NCBI GenBank assembly: GCA_964255285.1
Contig: CAXUUL010000009.1
Coordinates: 61,660 to 81,659 of the forward strand
Direction: 5' to 3'
Length of the DNA stretch: 20,000 nucleotides
Source: Ionaspis alba
Lineage: Eukaryota
Part shown: positions 1 to 8,865 of the stretch, piece after piece
How the letters are laid out: every line of letters starts with the position of its first letter
Numbering within the stretch: the first letter of the stretch is position 1
Translations under genes and position numbers: made by a program
The notes under the pieces: generated by a model
Database searches by the model: none
What the model saw: only the letters and a program-made list of their open reading frames with translations
Told to the model about the DNA's origin: nothing

Positions 1-1060
1 GAGAGTTACATTATTCGCAGATGTAGCTGTAACGTAGAGTGGATTCGAGGACTGTTAGCATAGACACTCCTAACATTACTTGCAAAGAAACGACACTACC
101 TGTTGTCCTTTGGATGCTACTGTCTATTCCAATAGCGAAGTCACTCAGGTTCGAGATACCCATTGAAATGCCAGATCCAGGTCCAAAGGCGTTGAACTTA
201 CCGAATGTCTACGGCCAGGACTTCGGCTTTGTGTATACATAACTTTAGGATATTACCCAGTCTTGCCACGAAGAGATTATTGTGGCGTAGGGACGAATAC
301 TGGCGGAGTATGTGAAGTGTACCAACGCCTCGAATTGCTGCTGTTTGGTGGAAATGGCAAAATAGTAGTGCACCTCACGACATTACCTTGCGCCATCGTT
401 CGGTTATCGAAGCGATCACTATATCAGATTTGTTTGAACCTCCTCTGAGCACGAAGGAAAGGGTGCGGTAGACGGGGAAGGGATCGTATCGACATTGCTA
501 CCGGAGGCCAAAGCGATCCGGTGGGTTGTCAGGAGAGGGTCTTCTGGCCTTCAACTGAGATATACCCATTTGAAATTGATAACGCTACCACAGACAACGT
601 CAAGTTTTGGTGCCAAGAGCGACATACATCCTACAGATCCTTCAGGCTGATACCGTCAACAATCTCATCTCCCAACTAACCACCACGGGTCAGCGGGGCC
701 CACACTAAAGCCAGCATCGCGACCTTCGGCGACGACGAATCTCATCGCCCTAAGCCTGAGATAGCCATCAAGCCAATATGCACCACCATGAACAAGATTC
801 ATGTTCCTCTCCGCGCTTGCAACAACAGTGCCGAGAATTCCAATGGCGACATTGACGCCAATTGCGAAATTTGTAGAGGCAGCGCAGACCGTGTGGCACC
901 ACCCTCTGGTATCGAATGGCCGATGCTGCGAAGCGCGTCCATTGTATGCAAAACCAAGCTGCGAAACGGTACAGAATAGACTACACTTGAGCAAAGGACG
1001 GTAAGTGATGTGCTCTTTGGTTGGGCGTGGAAGAAGCAGGATGAGGGTTTGTTTCGATCA
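1..1060 (-). pseudogene. Degenerate FAD-linked oxidoreductase (FAD_binding_4, VAO/PCMH-type, BBE-like); 3' end runs off the window, 5' limit approximate
   Basis: Manual minus-strand translation gives family-like segments in the expected order: PSSCF (~1040); PFDTRGWCHT (RGWCH at 893-907, consensus FAIRGGGHT); STNFAIGVNV..VHGGAYWLDGYLRLRAMRFVVAEGRDAGFSVG; then after a frameshift and an intron GCMSLLAPKLDVVCGSVINFK, IALASG, VLRGGSN (LRGGSN at 432-449), AQGN, and YTKPKSWP*TFGKFNAF..GISNLSDFAI. In-frame stops at 245-247 (TAA) and 209-211 (TAG), plus several frameshifts. Confidence 0.8.
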
Positions 1061-1232
1061 TAGGGAGTGTGCCTATTGAGTGTTTTGCCGCAATGAACGG
1101 ATATCTCTAAAATTAAATATAAAGATCTTGTAACTGTATTGCAGTCAGAATAGACGTTGGGCCTGCGAAGTAGACAGTACCCAGACAGCTTTCGGTGCTC
1201 CACTCTGAAGGCCGTGCTTCGAGTTCAGCAAT

Positions 1233-2400
1233 CTATTCACTGGGTTGTTTGCCAAACAACCACTCGTCAGGGATGTCGCCAGGCTTCTGCATCGCGTGGT
1301 ATTCATTGAGAGCTTGCATTTTGCGACCAGAGGAACCTTGCGAAGCACTCTGCAACATCGACTCTTCACACAGCTTACGTCGTCTTTCTCGGCTCTCGTG
1401 TGATTCTGGTGGAAGCTGGGCAGCCTCCGGAGGAGGACTGACATCTTCTGGAATCGCAGTCCATGTTCCTCTTCCCAGTGCGCCCTTGTATTCCCATGCA
1501 CGCTGTAGCTTCCTTCCATCTTCGCTTGCTTCCCAAGACTCCCATTTCCCGGCTTCATTCCAGGCACCAAAATTGAGCCATGCCCTTGTCATGGTGCTTG
1601 TCTTCTCTCCAGCGTGATCTTCCACACCCTTTATGTTTCTTACTCGTGGGCTCTCGAGAAGTTTTTCACCCTTTACCCAACCTCTATGCCATTGGAGACA
1701 GCCGAATCTATAGATGTAGTCGGCTGGCTGGATCATATAAGACTCATACCTTGATAGCTTTCTCACTTCGCCTCGCGTCCTCTCTGCCATGTCCGCCGGG
1801 AAATATAACACGGTCAGGGAATTGACAACGGGCGCTCCAGTCCATATAAGATATGAGTGTGACTCTGGATAAAAGGTGAACAGCCTAGGTGGCGCAGCTA
1901 ACAAATTCGAGAGTGACGAGGCTAAATTTTCGTAAACTGGCACGAAAGCGACGGAACCGTAAGGCTGTAGGACATCCCAGGCTAAATTAGATACCTATCA
2001 GTAAAGTAGGTCATGCAACTCGTGAACTCAAAATTTCGCTACATTCCACGCTGTAAGCTTACTGAAAATTATCATGACAGTGTCTGAGTTCTCTGCTGTA
2101 CGGCCCCACTTGCAATTCCACCAACCTCACTGTGCCGTAGTCTCCCTTAAGAGCCAAAATAGAGTGTCTCCATAAACAGCCCGCAGGGAATTGTGAGTCC
2201 TCGATGGGAGTTGACGGTTTTAATTAAAGGATGAAGATATCATTTTCGTCGCGAATGTTGTCGCTATAGACAGAAGGTTAGTAACAATTGGTCATGACGC
2301 TGTTGAGAACTAAGATTACCTGAGGTGAGTTGTATCAAGTTCCTACTAGGTAGGCTCTTGCGTGAGTAGAGGGTGCCCCAAGAAAAACTGTAGATATCTC
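1233..2400 (-). pseudogene. Fungal dimeric alpha-beta barrel (ABM/Dabb-like) protein gene, disrupted in its 5' exons
   Basis: The last exon 1233-1981 is open (contains the 236-aa ORF). Predicted introns 1982-2062 (GTAAGC..CTGAT..TAG) and 2264-2319 (GTAATC..TACTAAC..TAG). Spliced read: DIFIL*LKPSTPIEDSQFPAGCLWRHS/..Q*GWWNCKWGRTAENSDTVMIIFTWDVLQ..YENLASSLSNLLAAPP, resembling the fungal LK..IED..AG.W..G..WGR.E..W pattern. Stops at 2224-2226, 2127-2129 and 2343-2348, and a frameshift near 2130-2165. Confidence 0.6.
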
Positions 2401-2827
2401 GGAGAACGAAATCGAAGTGGCGGATGGCTCTGAACGAGAAAGGGGAAAGGCAGAGTTATACAGAAGCACTGATTTGCTGACGATAACCAGAGTGACGATG
2501 AAGTGTCAGAGAGGATATCAATGCGTAAGCTGAGTAGTTACAAAATTCTGACTGTCCGTGCCATTGATGGGGTAGGCAAGAAGACAGGAGCTTTTGCAGC
2601 GCAGACGGCGAGATAAAGGAAGCTCGATTGGCATAGCCGTGAACTTGCGGCACAGCCCTCGTGGGAACCTACTACAAGGTGACCAGTGTGACGAAGGTTC
2701 TGCGGCCAGCCTTAATTCTTGCACCTTTTGTTCATAACCGCCCGCGTTCAAGGCAAGGTTTAATAAAGCGCTTTCCTTGCAGGCTATTGTACGCGCCTCG
2801 GTTATCGCCGATCAGTTTCCATCGATG

Positions 2828-3835
2828 TCACAGCCAAGCTACCCGTTTCCTACCTATAGGCACCGCTTTTTTAGCAGGTGTATAGAAATCTGCCTCGGTC
2901 CTTGGCATTCCAGTTGCCCAGTCATTCCTTGTAAATGACAGACCTGAGATGTATTAGTCATCCGCTTGGACCAGTAAAGAGATTTCTCTTCTTTTTCCTT
3001 ACTTAGAATGAACATGACAAAGTTGCCCACATTGAGAGCAGTGCCTGCCAAATCCTGATTACGCAATGCAACGGCGCCGTCAAAAAAAAATAGCCCATTT
3101 CAAGTCTCCCTGGCATTCCAGGCACTTTGATCGAGGCTGGTAGCGTAACATCAGTAGCTAGAGAGCAGGAAATTAAGCAGGGAGAACTGATGAGCTCAAA
3201 ATCTCACTTACCCCCTTGAAGAGCATGGGTAAGTTCATGTAGCATTATACAATTTAAGTAGTGTAAGCGCCATGAAGTCAGACTATTTCTGCTGGGATTG
3301 AAGGCCATTGTATGATCTTGCGTCAACTCCGATCCAATGGTCAAGTAATTTTCGCAACTAAACGCCGAAGGACATATGACTATCTTATTCCTTTCAGGCA
3401 GGGTAAACGCCTCTATAGAGGGATTGTCTTGACAGATGAGAGAACCGTGACGCAGAACAGCTGGCTCTTCATCGGAAAGTGTTCCGAAGATATCTGGGAT
3501 CTCTTTGTCGGTATATGGCAAAGCGAAAAGGTTGAAATAGATTAGAAGTCGTACCTGTGATCTCGGTGACATGGTCATTTTGATCGTATTTCTTCGGTAA
3601 TGATAATCTCCGCAAATGAATACAGGCTCTGAACCTAATATAAGACCCGTCTTGTGAATGGAATACCTTGGAAATTTCTCTTATGTATGTTAGTCTGAGA
3701 ACTTGTTTTCCTATAGCAAAGCCACTTGCCTTTCACAGTATTTCAAAGTGCAGGATCTTCCCCAAAAAAGTTTTTCGACTCTCGTGATAGCGGTCTATCT
3801 CAAATTGATTGGCCTCAGCATAATCTCGTGCACAT
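2828..3835 (-). pseudogene. Zincin (HEXXH) metalloprotease, M35/deuterolysin-like fungal type; 5'-truncated and frameshifted
   Basis: ICQDNPSIEAFT..IVICPSAF..CIMLHELTH (HELTH at 3225-3239). Intron 3158-3211, then ATDV (candidate third-ligand Asp) ..GY[FF]DGAVALRNQDLAGTALNVGNFVMFIL. Intron 2944-3002, then SLSFTRNDWATG.., stop at 2828-2830. Possible GC-AG intron 3680-3729. Frameshifts at the A9 run 3082-3090 and the A6 run 3764-3769; TGA at 3743-3745; no start codon or signal peptide found. Confidence 0.75.
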
Positions 3836-4094
3836 GTACGTATTTCGTGGACCGGACAGCGGTGAGAAGAACGAGAATCCGAGGCAGAACGATCTCTTCC
3901 CGATCAAAGTTGGCCCGTTCGACATTGAAGGACATAAGAATTGCGTATACTCCGGCCCGGGTTATGATACTGTGGGACACGTAATGTGTAATGCATTTGA
4001 AATCAAATGTGTCGCGGTTTCGAATATTGCCGACGCGAAGGTTGAGTGCGATTCGGGCAACGAAGCGAGTGAGCGCATTGCCTGTACCTATTGA
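3834..4094 (+). pseudogene. 3' fragment of a Cys-rich fungal protein (C-terminal beta-rich domain of secreted-protein type)
   Basis: MYVFRG..FPIKVGPFDIEGHKNCVYSGPGYDTVGHVMCNAFEIKC..VEC..ERIACTY*. Five Cys in a P..GPF..G..C.Y.G..G...C...C..C..C pattern. No signal peptide or upstream exon is recognisable because the upstream DNA encodes the minus-strand protease. Confidence 0.5.
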
Positions 4095-4261
4095 ATCTGG
4101 AATATCTTACATAGAGAGCATCTGTACAGATATGATGAAAGTTATTGTGACCAGATTGAGCCTTGGTCCGACCCTGTGGACCCATTCTCAACGACCGATA
4201 GTGATCTGCATTGGGTCCGCCGTTCCATTGCCATTCTTCCTCCAGTCCTAAACTGCAAGGA

Positions 4262-6321
4262 TTACTGGTGATATTGCACCCTCTGCACAAGTCTAAGCTG
4301 TTCATCATCGATCATTGCTTGCGTGTCGACCTCCCCCATCTCCATGGCGCTTGTCCTCGTCCGCGAACTAGTAGACAGGGGTACTGGATCGAATCCAACG
4401 AGCGGTGCAGAGGTGACAGGGGCACTCTGAACAGGTGTAGACCACGAAAAGATTGTCCGAAGCGATCTTGCACCTCGTCTAAAAATGGATCCGTCTTCAC
4501 GTGAAAAGTCGCTACGGACGGTATGCCACAGCTTCATGTTCGAAGTATTGTCATCGCGTGAAAGGAATACCCGTATCGCGTGGGGATATTGGATGGTGAT
4601 GATATATGGCACGGCAATGAGCTGAAAGCCAACGCACAAGAAAGCAAGTGCGGGATAAACTGTTTCGATACGATGAGAAAGAGTGCCAGCAACGAAAGTA
4701 ATTTCAGGGAAGGCGAGACCGGTTTTGCCCCATATAGTATAGCATGAGCAGCGGTTGAAAACGCCGACCTGAGTGGCGATGATACCTCCCATCGTTGCAA
4801 CAGTGGCCAACAAATCTTTGACGAAGGCGAACCAAAAATGCCAACTATAGTGATCGCCAAAGGGGATGTAGTCCAGGGCAGCGCTTAGAAGCCACCCAAA
4901 GTAGATAGCAATTTCACCGATATTGCGGCACTCGAAGCCGACCGGAGGGATGAGGACAGAGATCAGTATTCCCGTCAATGCACCCAAAGTGACAACGATA
5001 ACTGCGAATACGACGGATCCTGGTCTTAGTAACATCCAGCCGTGAATCTTGTACCCATATCGTGTCCAAAACGTCCCTGATTTGACGGTCGAAGCTTCCT
5101 TCCTTGTCGGTTCCGGAATCTGTATTAGCACGGCGTCTCGAGCTTTTTTAGGCTGCCAAGAATACAGTCCACCGCTTCTCTCTCGAAGGGCTGTGTTCGG
5201 GCAATCTTCATTTGCTTCGGTCAAGTGATCATTGGGTAAGCTAACAGTCCAGGTGGGATACCTGTGGTCAAGGTCGGCCTGCAATCTGCGGAGGATACGT
5301 GGAATGGCATTCTCTGTTTGCGAGACACCAATCACAGAGCTCAGAAAAACGGCAGGAATGACCCAAAAGTATAACGAAGTGAAGGCGATGCTGTGCGCTT
5401 CGATATTGATGAAAGTGGTCGGGTTGTCTCCGCTGGCGGCATCTCGGGTCCTGCCGAAAGCTATGGCCACAGCGCCGATGAAGAAACCTTGGGCGACAAT
5501 AATGGGCAAGAACTTCGTTGAGCGATCGGCTGCCAGAGCATTCGCAGTCTGTTGACATATGTTGACGAAATCGAGCTTGTCCTTAACCGACAGCTCGTGG
5601 GAAATCCTTGGAACAAGTCAGTACTGTTGTACAGGGGAGGGAGTACAAGGACTGAACTTGGGCGGCAGCTCCATACTTACAATCTCTCCTTCAAGAACCC
5701 GGTGGCCAGATTACCTTTCTCCTGTCCCCACTCGTCATAGGAATCAACTATGGTGCCAAAAGCTTTCCATATTTGGACTCTTCTCGGATAACGATTTTGG
5801 CGCTCTTCCGGTATCAGTTCTTTGAGATCGGTCTGTAAGAGGTCCACCCATCTAGCTGCCCGATCTTGGCAGCTGGCCATCTTCAGCAAAAGGTCTTTGA
5901 TAGTTCCGATCGGATCACCCATCAAGTGCAAGATGACGAACAACTCCGAGCTGAAGCTTAGTGGCGGCCGTGGGAAAATAGCGACGAGCTGTAGCAGAGG
6001 GAATTTCCACGTCGTCAATCTCGCCCATATGTCGGCACCAGGGTACCTGGTCCAGTCGTCCGATCCCACGATCTGCTCACAGCCTGCTTGGCTCAAAGCT
6101 GGACTCTGGTTGTCAAAGAGTCTCCAGTCACTGGTGCAGGCATTGTAGATGTTCTGTGAAATGGTCCAGAGACTCGAGAATTGAAAGCCATGGGGATTAG
6201 TGCAATTCGGATAAGGACTATTGCAAGAGTACGACGTATTCGCATTTAGAGGACAATCAACCAAATGTTGAACAATTTTTGGGAACGTGTTGTTCTTGGA
6301 GACAAGATTGGAACCCTCCAT
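4262..6321 (-). CDS. Uncharacterised fungal multipass membrane protein with a Cys-containing, probably extracellular N-terminal region; start uncertain
   Basis: ORFs 5677-6339 and 4262-5509 join in frame through intron 5607-5680 (GTAAGT..TACTGAC..AAG), giving ..KERLISHELSVKDKLDFVNICQQTANALAADRSTKFLPIIVAQ... Several hydrophobic segments; motifs WKFPLLQL, HLMGDPI, LAADR, FWVIPAV, GGLYSW, GFECR, GVFNRCSC. First in-frame ATG at 6321. Confidence 0.75.
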
Positions 6322-6897
6322 GGCTGCCACAACAGTCAACTAGTGTAAGGAACAAAAAGCATGAGGAAATGGTCAGTAAAGGTACATCTCATTGAATAGC
6401 CTAGAAACAGAGCCTCATCTAACTTCTGCTAGACTCCCATAGGAACATCAAATAAGCAAGTTGACCTATTCTGGAATCCCAGTGTCTCTGTGTACCATGC
6501 CCAGCTTTGTGCAACCAATGGCTGTAGGGGAGGCTGAAGTTTTAACGCATGATCAATGAAGCCCAGAGCAGCCACGCTAGAAATCCGTATCCTCTGGACC
6601 AATCGTCACCCTACCTGTCGACAGTCGGCCACATTTTCACAGCTGTCTCGGCGGCACACCCGTTCTTCTACGTAGGTGTTCCAGCTTGGACATGGCCTAG
6701 AGGCGGTGATAATTCGAGCCACAAGCTGAAAGCCAGAGGACGATAGCGCACACCGACACCAGATTGATAGCTGGATTGCAGTGGTACGATGCGAAGGAGG
6801 AGCGTCATGTGGGAAAGCGGAAAGTGCTGGCAGCTAGAAGTCCCGGCCCATAACCGTCGGGTCACTAACTTTAATCGTACTACGCGCGCCAAGTGCT

Positions 6898-7107
6898 CAA
6901 ATTGGCAGAGAGTGATATTACAAGACAGACGCTCGTGGTATCCAAGCTCGGTNNNNNNNNNNNNNNNNNNNNNNNNNNNNNNNNNNNNNNNNNNNNNNNN
7001 NNNNNNNNNNNNNNNNNNNNNNNNNNNNNNNNNNNNNNNNNNNNNNNNNNNNCAAATTGGCAGAGAGTGATATTACAAGACAGACGCTCGTGGTATCCAA
7101 GCTCGGT
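6898..7107. other. Scaffold gap (100 N, 6953-7052) flanked by an exact 55-bp direct duplication
   Basis: 6898-6952 is identical to 7053-7107 (CAAATTGGCAGAGAG..CCAAGCTCGGT). Confidence 0.95.
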
Positions 7108-7578
7108 CTTGGATAATATACCTATCGTATTCGATGTAATGCTGTTCGCGAACGAACGTGGGGACGAGCATGTTATCCATGATCTCAGCATCGCCAGGCT
7201 CAAGCACGACTTGCCATAGCAGTGATACTAATGTGCCTCAACGGAGCGTTGATGGATAGATCATATAAATCCTCTACATCATCCTGTTGTGGTTGAGGTG
7301 ATCAAGACTGGCGCTGGTGATCTGCTTCTGATTGGTACGGATTGCGTAGGTGTGAGACTCGACTTCTCACAGCATATCCATTGTCGTGGAAGAAGAGCGG
7401 GAGTTTGAGCAATTCTCCCGCCGAGTTATCCGTTTCCACAAAATGATGCTCTCTCATTCTTCCCATCTGATCTTGCCGTTGAATGCAAACACATAGCAGT
7501 ATGCTTCATTAGCTTCGTGGGACAGACGCCTTCAGGAGTAGACTGCTAATCTACAGCTCCAGGCAGAATTTTCGAGAC

Positions 7579-8629
7579 TTAGGCATAAACTACTTCTCGC
7601 ACAGGCACCGTGTCTTCGTACTCGATCTCCATCTTTGGCCCTTTCTTCTTTGGCTTTGCCACTGTTGTTGGTCCGCGTTTCCTCTTGGTTCCCGCAGTTG
7701 GCTTCTTCACCGGGTCTTCGTCCTCGCTCCCCTCGTCACTACTCCCACTCTCGTCCTCGTCTTCATCATCCGCACTCTCCTCGTCCTCTCCACTTTTCCC
7801 GCCAAGCCACTCCTCTAAGTCGCCCAGATCCTCTTCCTCCCCCTCCAAATCACTCACATACTCCACCTCCGCTTCCCCTTCCTCTTCGAACTCTTCCTCA
7901 ACACCATCATCCAAATCGACGTCCCTTTCACCTTCCCCACCCTTCTCGAGTCCTCTAAGTACTTTCTTCCAAATTCCTTCCTCCACATTCAACGGTCTAT
8001 CACCATAAGCCCCACTCCTTAACCTCTCCACCAATTCCCTCTCGATAGCCCTCTCGACTTTGGCCGCAGCCTCCGCCTTCCTCTCCCTAGTCTCCTCCCT
8101 TCTCCTCACCTTCGGCGCCAACTTTGGTACTGTCCGCTCTCCCAGGCGTTCCTCCTCCTTCGCTAATCTTCTCGTACGAATGGCCACCTGCGTCAGCCTC
8201 GTGAGACGCTGTTTGCACTTGTGGATGAGAAATTTAGGCCAGTAGATGAGTTTCCCATCGATTTGAGTCAAGGCGGTAGCGTAATTCTGGGAAAGCTTGA
8301 GACGTTCCCAGAGCTTAGATGGAGTGTGAGCGCGCTCGATAGTTTTGAGATAGAGATAGAGGGTTCCGGTAACCGGATCAGAGCGGACGGTTGCGTAGCG
8401 GGAGTTGGCGAGGGGGCATGATTGTCGATTGCAGAGACCCGTCACGTTGTGGGCATTGCGGCAGAAATTTTGCTGTTTGGTCGTTCTGTGAGGGCTTCGA
8501 GTCAGCCAAATTGATCATGAGATTTGCCCAGAATCGTATGGTACGAAGCTGCAGCACTTGATCTTACTTGAGCTTGAAGGAGCAGAATTGCTGGTTTATA
8601 ACCTGCCAAACGATCTCGTCCGAGGCCAT
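7579..8629 (-). CDS. MAK16: Mak16, 60S ribosome biogenesis factor (~322 aa)
   Basis: Exon 8568-8629 [21 protein letters not shown], intron 8486-8567 (GTAAGA..GCTGAC..CAG), exon 7579-8485 [58 protein letters not shown], acidic tail and EIEYE C-terminal motif. Confidence 0.97.
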
Positions 8630-8865
8630 GGATGTGTCTGATCGAGTCCAATGAGTCTGGAAACAAAAATTTACTGCGTAGCACGTAAATGGCGAATAAT
8701 ACTGCTCAGCATACAGAGTTCGAATGGTTAAAGAAGGACGCTATGCGTGTTGATTTTGGAATTTTACGCCTTGACATGCGGATGCAATTACGGAAGCTTT
8801 TCACGAGACGCTAACTTGGTTAAGCTCTAGTGCATTCGGGTGATTTCCTGTAGAATAAGCCAAAG
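8630..8865. promoter_or_regulatory. Probable bidirectional promoter between MAK16 and MSS1
   Basis: Only 236 bp separate the divergent start codons. Inferred from geometry; no specific sites identified. Confidence 0.55.

Noticed and set aside
1..4100. Classical heavy RIP as the sole cause of the decay
   Set aside because: The region is not visibly AT-rich, no repeat partner is seen, and several lesions are indels or apparent G>T changes (GG to WC in RGWCH).
6898..7107. 55-bp direct repeat as LTR or target-site duplication
   Set aside because: The copies abut an N gap exactly, there are no TG..CA ends or transposon ORFs, and an assembly overlap is simpler.
6550..7470. Possible further decayed gene (e.g. 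minus-strand LLWQVVLEPGDAEIMDNMLVPTFVREQHYIEYDRY)
   Set aside because: Short protein-like stretches but no recognisable motif or consistent exon structure.
7610..8008. Ser-rich plus-strand ORF
   Set aside because: Antisense shadow of the acidic MAK16 tail.
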